A stretch of DNA of 64,000 bases from Lytechinus pictus. Its lineage: Eukaryota. Below the pieces are notes generated by a model. It saw only the letters and a list, made by a program, of their open reading frames with translations. It ran no database searches and was not told where the DNA came from. A program made the translations under genes and the position numbers. The stretch is from assembly GCF_037042905.1 (NCBI RefSeq), contig NC_087263.1, positions 14,014,001 through 14,078,000 on the forward strand. Direction: 5' to 3'. Below are positions 34,697 through 47,909 of this stretch, in pieces (positions within the stretch are counted from its first letter, which is position 1; each line of letters opens with the position of its first letter).

Positions 34697-35497
34697 CTTC
34701 CACTTAAAACCCTCTTTACTTTGTGTAATGCCATTATCTTGCCCCATTTGGATTATTGTAGTCTTGTCTGGGGAGGAGCCAGCTCATGTCATTTAAGCAG
34801 ATTGATTGTACTTCAAAAGAAAGCAATTCGTCTATGTTCTAACACGCATTATCTTGCCCATACTCCACCTCTTTTAAAAAAATTCAACACTGCCAATTTA
34901 ACTGATACTATGAAAATAAAGGCAGCACTCTTTATGTTTCGATATATGAATAACATTTTACCAGCTATATTCAATGATTATTTTCTTACGGTTGATAAAA
35001 ACATAGTGTTAATACAAGACAGAGAAAGAATATATTTGTGCCATATTCACGCTTAAAACTACGACAGACGAACTCTATTAAACATAAAGGGGCTCACTTT
35101 TGGAATAGTCTAGACCCACTACTTAAAAGAATGACCACCGTTACCTCATTCAAAGCTAAAATTAAACAGCATCTTCTTGCCACTTACAAGTGATTCCTTA
35201 AAATTGAACCAAAACTAAACAAACAGTTATATGATATATTTAGTTTTATCTTGTTTTGTCATGTATTGTAAATATTGTAACCTGTTTCATGTATTATTTC
35301 AATTGCTATTTTCTATGTATTTTATTCCTACTGTAATATATTTGCTGTATTTGTATCACTGTTATTTATCTGTCATGGATCCCCCTGCTTTTCAAGCCTC
35401 CGGCTTTCCTAGGGTGTTTGATCCTCACATTTTACAATGTATATATCTACTCATGTGATTTGTACCTAATAAATAAATTGAATTGAATTGAATTGAA
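34697..35497 (+). mobile_element. 5'-truncated L2/Crack-like LINE: ORF2 C-terminus, 3' UTR and tail
   Basis: LPLKTLFTLCNAIILPHLDYCSLVWG..LQKKAIR..LPAIFNDYF, then a frameshift near 35000, then HSVNTRQ..KGAHFWNSLD..SFKAKIKQHLLATYK* (stop 35191-35193). 3' stem-loop at 35377-35424, AATAAA and an (ATTGA)n tail. Confidence 0.92.
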
Positions 35498-35522
35498 AGA
35501 GGACCGTCGAAAGTGTCACTGA

Positions 35523-35912
35523 TTCCCCTTTCATAAACCCAATAAAACCTATCCTCCAATAAGAGTAATGCGGATAATTCAATAAAAATTGCGTTCACAA
35601 ACTCCGAAAATTATCCGCATTATTTTTACGAGCGCCCGTCCTGAAAAAGGCGGATAATCGTCATGACAACTGGACGCGCCCCCTCCGATGCGGTTGTGTT
35701 GGAAAAGGGTGACCTTGTGACCGCACCATGGCAATTATCCGCATTATTTGGAAATACGTTCATAAACTAAAATCTTGTCCCGATGCCGCTATTATGCGGA
35801 TAATAGCAGCATCAGAATAATGCCGATAACTCTTGTCCTCCTCTGATTTTACGACCAAATTATGCTGCTATTAGCCGCATAATTGGGTTTTATTGGGTTT
35901 ATGAAAGGGGTA
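35523..35912. mobile_element. ~390-bp MITE with internal TTATCCGCAT/ATGCGGATAA repeats
   Basis: TIR CCCCTTTCATAAACCCAATAAAACC / GGTTTTATTGGGTTTATGAAAGGGG. Confidence 0.9.
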
Positions 35913-36819
35913 TTCTCCAGCAATCATCCCTCTCCACCGTTTTTTTTATATGGCAGCCATTTCAACATGTTCAAAGTTTAATGTTATTTTGAGACGCACG
36001 GTAATATGTAAACATAAAATTTTTCATTTAGTCAAACCCATCACCCACCCCCCCCCCCTCAAAAAAGGATTTTACTGATCATTTTTCTCTTTAAAATTCG
36101 TGACATTGACAGCTCACTCACAACAGAAAATAAATGTTTATTTGAACTGATCTGAACTGAATATAGCACTCCTAGTCAAATAATAACAATTTTGCTTTCC
36201 GTACACTGTGGGTTCATATACACATTATAACGGAGAAAACACTGGTATACAAATGGGGACTTGGGCCAGTTCCCCCCCCCCCCCCTCCCCCACAAAAAGA
36301 AGACGTACATAATAAGATAAAACGAACGAAGGACATGAAATGAACGGGTAGAATGTTGCATTATAAACGGATAAAATGTAACAACCTGTCAAAAATAGAG
36401 TTCCATTTCAAGAAGGTTACTTCTTCTTATTCACTCCCTTCGCTTACTCGCACTATTCTAAAATCATTCCCATCGCCTTCTCCTGCCCCTCAATTTTCTT
36501 GACTCATTTCTGCAAAGAGGCATAAATATCGTCGTGTGATATGCGACCTAATATTTTTTCGTCCTATTTTGAGAGGGCAACTCCACCATACCTTGTCATA
36601 CCCCCCCCCCCCCCCGCCGCCGACGCCCTGGGTGAATAGAGGTAAACTACACGCACTTTAACGCATCCCTGACAGGTTATTAATCCCTATGACCTTTCAT
36701 ACATTGACAGGTAGATGGCGCCCATGTTGGCTCATCTCGAGGGTAACGATGAAATCTTGATCCCATCATACCCCGGGGCCTCATCGTTAACTCATCCCGT
36801 TATCTTCTCCTCTACTTAA

Positions 36820-37010
36820 GCTGCAGTCACACCACGAAAACCGACTCCGAACAGACCGATGACGTGCCATTCAATGGAAGGTAATAGCTTTGATCGGTCT
36901 GGAACCGACTTTCTCGTTGTGACTGCGGTCCATTGCAAGTCCTATGCCACAATGACATCAACGAACCCGACTCCAAAGCAATCCCTGGCACGCCATTCAA
37001 AATAACGAAA
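36820..37010. mobile_element. One full and one partial tandem copy of the ~105-bp hairpin element
   Basis: GCTGCAGTCACACC...GTGACTGC, then CATCAACGAACCCGACTCCAAA...CCATTCAAAATAACG. Confidence 0.75.
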
Positions 37011-37459
37011 TGGTGTTGAAAAGTTACTTTTCATCTAATCCAATTTCGTACTATTTGGAATTGCCTTTTATTAACTTTACAATTTCTTGATATTTTGTGC
37101 TCCAACAAAAGAAAACTGAATTATTGACTTCAAGAATGGAATAAAACGAGAAATTGCCTTGCCATCCGTATACGTATTTCTCAAGACTCGGTATAAGATA
37201 GCTAAAACCACTAGGTGATATTCTGATTGCAAATGGTTTAGCTAAACCCGGGTTAACTTAAACCAAAGATTTATGGAGTGCCAGTTGTCAACCCATTCAC
37301 CAATTAAATCAATTTTATCCTGCTGTTGTATAAAAAAAAGTTTAAAAGTTTTTTTTTTATCAACTGAGATGTGAAATGAGAATATGAAAATATATAAATA
37401 TCACGAATTTTTCTTAATGAATTGATACATATATATTTTTCACGGATATGAAAATCAAT

Positions 37460-37711
37460 ATTCATTCCATATTTTATTGTTCGAAATAGACATGAAATAA
37501 ATACTCCGAAAATTTGCTTTGCCCAATTGATCGTGGGCCCGGCAGCCGCTGTGCAGCGCCAGATCGACGAGGCTCTATCCCTTTAATCGTTGAACGCCAA
37601 ACAGGGTAGCAGCAACTCCCATCTTTTAACGTCTTTTGGTCTGACGCGGCCGGGGTTTGAACCCCCGACCTCCCGGTTGTGAGACAAACGCTCTACCAAC
37701 TGAGCCAACAC
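37460..37711 (-). mobile_element. tRNA-derived SINE with a Meta-domain-like body
   Basis: Minus strand GTGTTGGCTCAGTTGGTAGAGCG..TCACAA..GGTTCAAACCCCGGCCG, then GTCAGACCAAAAGACGTTAAAAGATGGGAGTTGCTGCTACCCTGTTTGGCGTTCAACGATTAAAGG. The tail is also seen at about 10690-10725. Confidence 0.85.
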
Positions 37712-40700
37712 ATAGGTTATGGAAGAAATATCCTGAAGACCAGCATTGAGTGCGGTTCAAATTTTTAGTTTAGACTTGGGCCACCCATTGAGGTAAATCG
37801 GTATATTCTAAAACGTCGATGTATAATAATCCCTAATTTTCAATCTATACCCCCTTTTTTAAGAATAGTAGTTCTCCTAATTATTTCACAACGTTTGGTT
37901 TAGCCATGGTTTAGCTTAAACATGACATGCCAGAAATTAATTATATTTCTAGATCTAGGATATGAAATTAACCTCGATTGTTTTAACGACTGCCTGCATG
38001 GAGAAATCATTGCCAATAGCGACTACTCCAGTTTCCTTCGAGAACCCGATCAGACAAGACAATCTTCTTCAAATCATGGAAAGACTAATAATTATAAGAT
38101 GTGCAGAGTCACGGTGTAGTCTGTTTTACATTCAGTAGTTCTCCCAATTATTAACAACGCTTACACTGTGTCAAAACTGAATCATGTGAGTATAATCTAC
38201 AATTAACCTACATTGCGTCAACGACTTCCTTGCGAAATTGTTGCCTATATTGCGAATACTCGAGTAACTTTAATCATGGACCTACTAAAAAGGTAGCAGG
38301 TCCATGCTTCAATCTTGTTCGAGAACGCTATCAAATTAGCTATCTTCTTCAAATGCACACACATAACATGGGGGTTATAGCTCCGTGCCTCGAAGATGGC
38401 AGTGCATGCCACGCACGACCTTTCCGCTATTGACAGATCGATTAATTGGCGATGTCTGATATAATCTTCGGGAGAGCGAGGGTAACCTTGGGGTACACCC
38501 TTGACTCGTTAATGCCCATCCGGAACTCTTGAGAGATCGAGATGCACTTCAATGAGAAATATCACGGTTGGCGGGATGGTAAGTAGTACGGGGTAGGAGC
38601 TGGAATTATGGTGGATTGATAAGGGAATTTACCGCCCATGCTCTAATATTCTGCATAGTTTCAATTCTTTTTAATAGATGCCCATTTCAAGGGAGCTTTT
38701 CATTGCCAGAATGCCTCACCCCCGGAGATACACCTCTCTTCTCTCTTCTGCTTATGAGTATTTCAAAGAACTTTATTTAAGAAATTTGGAAACTTAAAAA
38801 AAAATGATATCCCTGAATCTACCCTCGAGTGTAATCCGCATTACCATGATTTGAGGGGGCACCATCTTAAAGCAGATCTCTTTGCCCACATATAACCACC
38901 TAACCTTAAATGACAATTAAAAAACGCATACATAATAAACTTGTCACCAAAGGCCTAAAACATCATTCTCAGTGCTCGTGTATTTAACAAGAAGATATCT
39001 TTACGACTTACATCTTTTAATAAAAGAGCTTTATTTCGCACTTTCTTGGAAAATGCCAACGCACTCCGTGACCGGTGACACCGGTCGTAGCCGGCGCCAC
39101 GGCCGTCTATCAATCCATCATCGGTAATTCCTATACTAGGTATTTATATCAATCTCGCCATGCAATCAGATTTCGCTGTGTCATCAGTTGGCAACGGCGT
39201 GTTTTCTTTTCAAATTACGCGCGGGCTAACTTGAAATTCAATCTAATCAACTCGGTTCACTGTTATATTCGGACCCTCAAAGACGAGCTTGTAAAACGAG
39301 ACGTTTTCTTGCAAATGAAATCTTCGAGATGGCTTGTTGGTGACGTGACCCTCTCTCTCCTCACCTACTCCCACCTTGCCTTATCTTTCTTTCTCTCTCT
39401 CTCTCTCTTTCTATATATATATATATATATTACATATCTGCCTGTTTGTTCTTTTCTCGTCTTTCTATTTTCTCTGTCTTTTTCCCTTTATTCTTTTTTT
39501 TTCTACCTCTTCTTGTTTTCTTCTTTTATATTCTTAAACTCATTTTGCCATCTTGGGGCTTTCATATAGTTTTTTTTTTTTTTTTTTGTTTCTTCTTCTT
39601 ATCTTCGTCCTAGCTCAAATCAAATCAATTTGTATCTTCTCCTCCTCTTCAGCGCATTCGTAATTTCTCTTATAAATGCTCATACTTTAACTAAGTCTAA
39701 CTCTTTTATTATCTCCTTCTCTCCCCTCTCCCCCCCCCCCCCTCTCTCTCTCTCATACACACGGGCACGCACACTCACTTGCTCTCCGTCTTTCAGTCTC
39801 TTTCACACACCCCTCCCCTCCCTCCCCTTCCGCTCTTTCAATCTCTCTCTCTCTCCCCCTCTCTCACCCACACACTCTCCGTCCCTCACAAATCCCCTCC
39901 ATATCTGTCTCTCCCCTCTCTCTCTCTCTCTCTTTCATGATATATCATGTAGTCCCATGTAGTCCCACATGATGTATTTCCCGTCCTAAATGGCAAATGG
40001 AATAGACGATCCTAATGGAGCAAAACATACAGATCTAGCTTTGTGATCACCAAGCTTAAATGTACCGAAACAAATTGCTCCCGTCCACAGATACTTCCCC
40101 AAAGCCCCGTCAAAATATTGTCTGACTTGGAAGATGATGAATAGTGGGATTGCCTTAAAAACAGATAAGTGCTTTTTAAAGAAAATGGTTTCTAATATTA
40201 GAAGAAAATCTTGGAACCTATACGTTCAAAAGTACAGTGCTTTTCGGGATTGTCGATCCGGGGAGAAGGAACTCCTTCCTCCCAAATAATATACGGTATA
40301 TGCACCTGCAAAATAACTGCAATGCGCAAAAATTTCTCATGGTCGAAGCGGGGGGGGAGCCCTTTCCGCCTGTTTTTCAGTAAATGTGTATCGAAACGTA
40401 AAATAAAGTTGTGATCTTAAGCATGTTCAGCCCCACCAATCCCCCTACACACACACACACACACCCTCACACACACACACGTTCAAAATCAAAATCGTTA
40501 TGTGGCCCCTGACTTAAAATTACATAACGATAGCAATTTTTTTGTCCAACCCTCTTTAAAGTCCAAGAAAATATTTCGGAAAGAAATTGTGGTGCTCTTC
40601 AAAAAAATAAATTGTCAACCGTCAAATTACATTGATGGTGGTTGTTGCCATTTTCAGTTCATTTCTACATTCCGTGACAGTGTGGTATTTATTTGTTCCA

Positions 40701-41831
40701 TGAGATGTTTTTTTTTTTCTTTTTTTTTAATTATTATATTTCATGATTCATTTTGGTGGACATTCAAGGCAATAGTAGGCAGTGCTTTTTAACATTTTAT
40801 TAGGTGCTATATTAATGTTGCATTTTTTAATCGTAGGCTCTTGGCCCTTAATAAAGACACCACGCGCACATTAATTTTATAACGAGTATTACCATGATTA
40901 CGTGTGTTGCAAATTAATAAGCCAATCGCATGAGGGCAATATTGGGTTCATTACCCGTTCAACCGTAACGACTAGGCTTCGAATTCAGACTGTCGGGGAT
41001 TTTTCAAGTATCAGGAAAGTGTAAAAACAAGACGGGCCATTTGTTCGAAATAATTTCTCAGGTCTTTTCATTTTTCTCCTTTTCACAACCAATTTTGTTT
41101 TTTTACCTTGTGATCTTACGCCTACTCGTTTCTGCAAGCGTTTTATTTGAGCTCTACCAATCAGATGAAACTTTTGCCGAAGGTTATTTTTTTATTGTTT
41201 CTTGCATTCAACCCGACCATGAGACATTAGATATATACGAATTGTGTTTAGCTTATTTCCATTATCAATCATGACCGCCGCCCCCGAAAGAAAAAAAAAT
41301 GTAATCATCTTCTTATCCCAAATATAATGAATATCCAAAGTGAGATTAAATCGAAACAAACCGCCCTTTCACACGGTAAAAAAAAAAATCGTTATTTGAA
41401 TTGTGATTCCAGTGAAAAAATTAGGATAATGACGAATATTTAGCACGTGTGAAACCAAAGTAGAACATGATTAGAATCACGAACGCTAATCACAGTCACG
41501 ATAACAATAGCAATCATCATTACAATGATGATTCAAGACTCACGTGTGAAAAGGCCCTAAATAGATCCATGCTAAGGACGGTCTGGTATTCTGTGAGATT
41601 TCCCCCCTCTAGGGGGTTGGGGGAGGCTAAATGGCCGTCTCCTATAGGATTGTATACATAACTCGGAATTCGAGGGGGGGGGGGGGTAAGTACCACCGCC
41701 CCCTTTCCCCGATAGCTGTCCATGTTTGAGATTAACTCTACAACTGATCGTGGTTCATTGTAGGAAAGAATCAACAGAAAATAGCATTATATTCATGTTA
41801 TCAGAATGTTATCACTCCTCGTGGCTCACAT

Positions 41832-42073
41832 TTAGTGTAAACACCGGTGTTAATTTAACACCAGCCCGGTATCTATATCGGTCCACACCAGAGAAGTGTT
41901 TAAACAACACCAGTTAAGAATCAAACCGATATTGGTTAAACACTAATTGGTGTTGCTTAAATGCCAAATAGGTGTTAGCCTAACGCCAAATCGGTGTTGT
42001 TTCAACAGCTCTCTGGTGTGGACCGATATGTATACTAGGCTGGTGTTAGATTAACACTGGCGTTTATGCAGTG
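41832..42073. mobile_element. CACT-ended palindromic MITE (AACACC/GGTGTT repeats)
   Basis: Inverted arms TTAACACCAGCC..GTCCACACCAGAGA / TCTCTGGTGTGGAC..GGCTGGTGTTA, ending GCAGTG|TA. A copy lies at 61175-61421. Confidence 0.85.
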
Positions 42074-44181
42074 TACATGGTTTACAGCTCCAGATGTCTA
42101 AATCTGGTATTTTCCTTGCTACGTATCAATTTGTTTATGAAATGTTTGGTGTTAAAATGAAATGAATATATATAAACCAATCATTTATGAATAAATGGTA
42201 TATAGCACTTCGACAGTGCCCTTGATTTTACCTCTACCAATCCGACCAACTACTAAAGGCCATACAGATTGTCGAGGGTGATTCCATCACTAACGGTCTG
42301 CATTGCGAGACTACGTGGTTGTACCGATTGTCGTGGTACAGGCATTAATATCAATATTACATGATTTTCCAATCAACTGGTTTGACGGCGTCTGCACTTT
42401 CATATAGTCACTTCGCCTTGCACTTTTGGCTAGCCTTAGTTCAAGAAGCCAATCCATCCAGACGGGGGGGGGGGGGGGGGGGGGGTGGTCATCTTTTTTC
42501 TTCGAAGGCGACTCCTTCGAATTCTAATAGAATGATATCTCTAGTGTTTTAAATCAGAAGCCCAATTTTATACTAATCACTTCAATATTTTGTAGACTAC
42601 GAGCCTATATGTTGGTTGGAAAAGTTTCACAATATTTTGGATCATTATTTGTTTTTATCAACAACTTTGAAAACACTCGCCTCGCTCGCTCAAACAACAT
42701 CGATATCTACTCATTCGACTTTTAAACGGATTGGGACGTTGACATAATTGTCCGAACCCATTCCCACTCAAAACATCAAATCTTCACCACTAGATGTAAT
42801 CGTTTATTTCTTGTAATACCATTCAGACTGCTTGAATACTAGAATCTAGAATATTCACTTCGTCATAAGATATGAACTTACCTAAAACGTTTTGGGATTT
42901 TTGTGACCTTTGCATAGTTGCCATTCTTTTTGTTTTCCAAGTTGGAAAAACAGGCAGACAGAATTGAATCGAAACGTTGCAAAATCTAATAATTCCCCAC
43001 AATCTGAATTCTCCGTAGGGAAAAATCTCAACTCAAAATGTTCGACTGGGAATTCTTAATGTTGTTGTGCCGCGTCGTTTTCCACTGTTTTGCGAAGGAG
43101 AGATGTGTCTTCGAGATAAGGCGAAGATCTAAACAAGGTTCGAACATAATTATTGACAAATGTCTTGCAATGGTAAAGGTTAAAGCAACACCAGGGATAA
43201 CAAGGAAAATATTTTCGTATATATCGGCGCTCCACAGCGAAGCGGAGGGTGCCAAAGGGGCCAAACCATGCCTCGTCTCGCCTCCACCCCTCTTCCCTGG
43301 TCCAGGAAAAAAAAGGAAAGAAAGAAAGAAAGACAGACAGAAAGAAAGAAAGACAGAAAAAAAGAAAGAAAGATGGGATGGTCTGGAGGAGGGGAGGGAG
43401 GGAGGGAATAAGAAAGGAAGGAAGAAAGGAAAGAAGGGAAGAAAGAAAGAAGGAAAGAAATGAAGAAATAATGAAAAATAGCAAGAAAAAAATTGAAAAA
43501 TAAAGCAGAGCGGACGGACTTAAAACAAAGAAAACAAGAATTAAATACAGACAGAAGGAAGAAATGGTGGACGTCAAAGAAAAAATAAGAGAAGGAATGA
43601 GGGAAATTTACCCCCCCCCCCCCTCCGCCTGGCACAACTCTTCTTCGCATCTTAGCATGCTAATCTACGCCCTTCATAACACGCTCGTCTTTCTCATCAG
43701 ATTCGCAATATTCACCATCACGCTTTTCTTAAGACATTTAACCTTTCCCCCTTGGAAACTAGACCATAAAAACACATTTTAAGATGAGAGGCGAGACATG
43801 ACTTGATTAAAAGAAAACCAGTATTGTCTGAACGTCAGGCGGGCTACTTCCATTCTACCCCGTACAGCGGAGCGACACTTGAAGTTAATGGCAAAGCCTG
43901 TAAATGGGCGGCGACTAGTGCCAACATTATGAAATTCGAAAGGCTGATAAACCGTGACAATGACTACTCAATTAAAAGGGTCAATTGCATAATCAATGTG
44001 TAGTTAAAACCTGATTAATTTTTTTTTTTAATCAATCAATACGACAACTGCCTCCAAAGAAATACTTTTTACCAACCGAATCATTACACAAATAGGTTTT
44101 GGCAACCCAAGGTTTCATGTGCTACGGTCATCGTATGGACAAGTCTACGATCTATTTATTCATTTATTTAGTCATTTTTAA

Positions 44182-44417
44182 TTATTATTATTATAATAAT
44201 GATGATATAATAATAGCCAATTTTTATAAAGCGCTTTTCCCAGAATGGCTCAAAGCGCGTTACAGCATATTATTACCCCGGTCATTGGATTCATTTCAAT
44301 CCCGCACGAAAAGTGCACAATTTCCACTCCCTGGGGAGCATTCCTTGCATTCATCGCAGCCTCATTATGGCGCTGGCAAAATCAAACATACAATATCTTT
44401 CGCATCCTACCGGGTAG
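44182..44417 (-). mobile_element. 5'-truncated SINE (3' half and ATT-rich tail)
   Basis: Minus strand TACCCGGTAGG...CGGGGTAATAATATGCTGTAACGCGCTTTGAG...GCGCTTTATAAAAATTGGCTATTATTA has the same tail architecture as 8348-8646. Confidence 0.75.
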
Positions 44418-44518
44418 AGATTATCATTGTCATTTTGGGGGCATCGTTTAATATTACGGGGTTCTTTTGTTATGTTGACATTGTTTACAACCATCGTAGG
44501 ATCTCATGTGTTGGCCAT

Positions 44519-44712
44519 ATCCTTCGGCAAGAAACTGATCCACAGTGTGCTGCACTCAACCCAGGTGAGGTAAATGGGTACCGGTAGGAAGTAATTCCTT
44601 AAAAAGCTGTGTGCGCTATGAACGCCTAGCTTAGCCGGGTAATATAGGAGCGCCTTGAGCACCTAACAAGGTGGATATGTGCGCAATATAAATACCCTAT
44701 ATTATTTATATA
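44519..44712 (+). mobile_element. 5'-truncated SURF1-like SINE
   Basis: TCCTTCGGCAAGAAACTGATCCACAGTGTGCTGCACTCAACCCAGGTGAGGTAAATGGGTACC...GCGCCTTGAGCACC...TATATTATT. Confidence 0.85.
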
Positions 44713-45566
44713 GCCGAAAGGCCAAATACGGTTAAAGTTATTGTCACTGGAAATCGTACGGGGATCGCACGATGTCCGCAAACCATAATTATGATGATCC
44801 TGCGGCGATCGTAAAATGTATTTAAGAGCGGTCATTATTGCCAAAGTATGACATTTGAAAAGAAGCGATAAACCAAACAACAATCGGCTAATCCAGTAAT
44901 GAAAAATATAATCAAATATAAATTAATGTATAATCGTGTTAAAAACCTATTTAGATATTTTACTTTGAATAATTCAATCCTTAATCACATTTCATAATGC
45001 TATACTCGTAAACCTACATGGCGAATAAGAGTATATCCGATAAATGTCCGTCGATTCTCCGACAGTGTGCAACCTGATAGCAGTGAAATTTAATGAGCCA
45101 TTATCGAGAGGTTTCCTCTCATTGTTTCGGCCACCAAATAGTTATTAATTATTATAGTTTATTATGCCATTAAAGATCATTGTGTAGGCGTGCATGTAAT
45201 CTAATACGGAGATAATATGACCAAGATAGAAGCGTATCAGGTATTCACCAATTCAAGTGGTAGTCTATAAACGAGAGACAACGAGAGACGGAAACTCAAA
45301 GAGACTAAGAAGAGAAAGAGAAAGAGAGAACGAAAGATAAAAAAAAAAGAGAAGGTACTTAACACATCACATTAATCACAATCATGAAGATCATGACACT
45401 ATCTAATGCCCGATAATGACAGGCAATCTATATTAAAAAAATCACAAAATAAAGCTTGTTTTACAAAGAACATAAACACATGAAAGTGATCCAATTTATC
45501 TGCGTTATCTGGTTATTGAAATATCAGAACCTGTTGCAATTAATACCGAGTTTACAGAAACCCCCC

Positions 45567-45897
45567 CAGGGGCGGATCCAGCTTTTTATAAAGGGGGGGT
45601 TGGGGTGGTATGCGAGGGAGCGTAGCGACCGAGTCCAAGCGGGCGGAGCGAGCGAGGGGGAGGGTGTGGGAGGGGGTGTCCCCCCTCCCACAGTAGGGAA
45701 AATTTTTGAAAATCTGTGTGTGAAAATGGCGTTTTCTTGCATCTAATAATAATAATAAATGAAATAAATACATAGAAATAGAATAAAATAAAATTACAAG
45801 TTTAAAAAAAAAATAGGATTTAAAAAAAATGGTCCCCGGATTTTTTTTTTTGGGGGGGGTTGCATTCCCCCCAACCCCCCCTCTAGATCCGCTTCTG
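45567..45897. mobile_element. hAT-like G/C-run MITE
   Basis: CAGGGGCGGATCCAG...CTAGATCCGCTTCTG, sitting within a poly-C tract. Confidence 0.75.
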
Positions 45898-46514
45898 CCC
45901 CCCCCCCCCCCGCCATCGCCACAAAATAAAGTTTATATATTGCCTACTTAAAACATAATTATAGGCAGGTTTACATTTATACCCATCCCACCCTATCCCG
46001 CTCCTTTTTCACTCTCTCTCCCCCTCGCTCTCCATCCCCCATTCCCCCCCTCTCTCTCTCTCTCTTGTTGCTCGCCCTCTCCCTCCTCCTTTTCTCTAAC
46101 ACACACTCTCTCACAAACACACCCTCCCTCACCCTCTCAAGCATACAAACACGTGCAAATCCACACAAACACATCCTGTCCTCCCCCCCCCCCACACTCT
46201 TTTGTGTCTTCCCATTATCCATTCCTCTTTTCATACCTTTTCACAAAATACTCCTGACGCAGTTGAGTAATATTTTAGTCAAACGTAATCGGCTGCCTTC
46301 GCTCGTGATCTTTCTGCTTCATTTGTAAGAATGCGCATTGCCCCGGGGTTCTTTTATCTACATGTAAGTTTGAAAATCGAAATGGTTTGGTTTATGGGAA
46401 AATTGCTTTTTCAAGATGAAACTACTTGGAAGCTATTAACCGTGGCCTAATTTGACAGGTGTTGCCTACAAAAAAAAATGCATGAAAATTCTCATCATTT
46501 TTAGACAGTCAATA

Positions 46515-46739
46515 CACTCTAAAAACACTGAGTAAAATTTTACCCAGTATTGGGTAAAAAGGGAACATGCATGTTTGCTGGGTATTTTTTTTAACCCCAT
46601 ATTAGGCAAAATGCATGTTTTAAGAGTAAATTTCAACGCAACATTGTGTAAAATTTACAAAATATTTGCTATCTTCTTACCCAACCAACATGCATGTTCC
46701 CATTTTACCCAATATTGGGTAAACTTTTTTTTAAGAGTG
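46515..46739. mobile_element. CACTC-ended palindromic MITE, TA flanks
   Basis: TA|CACTCTAAAAA..TTTACCCAGTATTGGGTAAAA..GGGAACATGCATG / CATGCATGTTCCC..TTTTACCCAATATTGGGTAAA..AGAGTG|TA. Confidence 0.88.
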
Positions 46740-47426
46740 TATGACATACTTATATTATGCGTACTTATACGTAGGCCCTGTATTCTTCAATTAAAAAAAA
46801 AGCTCCGTGAACAATATTTTTTATGGATGTCTTGTTAAAAGAAGGATAATTTTTTCAACGCGATCGTGGCGATCGGTTGGGAGAAGGGGTGGGGTGAGGA
46901 AGGAAAGGGGGTAGAGAGACAGGGGTGAGAGGAAGAGACGGGGGATAATGAAGAGAGAAACGAGATAAATGTGTTAGGGTGTGGGTGGGTGAAGGTGTGT
47001 GTGTTTGTGTGCGTGAGAGAGATATCAGTGGATAGGAAGGGAAGAGAGTACGACCACAGAAAGAGAGAGGGGGGTTACAGATAATTTGAAGAAAAAAGGG
47101 CCTCAGGGATGAATAAAATAACAGCCGTTTTAGTGAATAAAACTGATAGACAGAGAATATATCAGATATAAGAATGCGTAGGGTGGATATAGAAAAGCGT
47201 AATCGGCAAGAAAGGAAATATACTGGATATGGGGCTGTGTAAAGGAAATGCGTATAGTCAGATAAAAGAAGGTTTGGATGATAAGAAGTGAAGGAACAAA
47301 ATGAAATGAAAATGGAAGAAAGATGACAGTGATAATTGGAACGAGAAGAAAATGGTGATGAAATTGACATAAAAAAGAAAGAAGAAAGTTATCAGTCCTT
47401 TTCCTCGTAGGCGAAAAGGAATAATA

Positions 47427-47483
47427 GTGATCACCGTAGTAAACAGGAAAGTGGAAAGGGCAGAACCCTGCGGAACACCAATG
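47427..47483 (-). pseudogene. Tiny non-LTR retrotransposon RT remnant
   Basis: IGVPQGSALSTFLFTTV resembles the conserved RT motif GVPQGSxLSPxLF; no other RT motifs nearby. Confidence 0.4.
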
Positions 47484-47771
47484 GGAGAACTACAGTCTAC
47501 ACGGTAGATGTAAATGGATGCTATGACGGTCAAAACATATATGAATAGGTAAACTTTCAGGAGGAAATCGCATTTATATGTATATATATGTATATGTTTT
47601 TTTTAATTGGGATACAATATTATTTACAGCAATGAAATGTTCAGAGTCAGAGGAGTGAATAGTGGCCAGTCGAACACTGAATTGAAATTAAACTCTTCAA
47701 GATTTAAATATCAAGCGGTCATTTCACAGCGGCCATGCAATCTGGATTTATTTGAAATACATGAAATGTGA

Positions 47772-47909
47772 GGCCCGATTCATTAGGAGATACAACTATC
47801 GTTACTTTTTCATGGTCATATGACAAATACCATGGCAACGTGGTCAATTGCAATCAAGGTTACCATGGTAGTTGCAATAATAGTTGTAGCTCTTTATAAA
47901 GTGGGCCCC
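47772..47909. mobile_element. Degraded Harbinger-like MITE
   Basis: GGCCCGATTCATTAGGAGATACAACTAT...ATAGTTGTAGCTCTTTATAAAGTGGGCCC. Confidence 0.65.

Noticed and set aside
34721..35056. Host protein-coding gene
   Set aside because: It is a frameshifted, 5'-truncated LINE ORF2 fragment.
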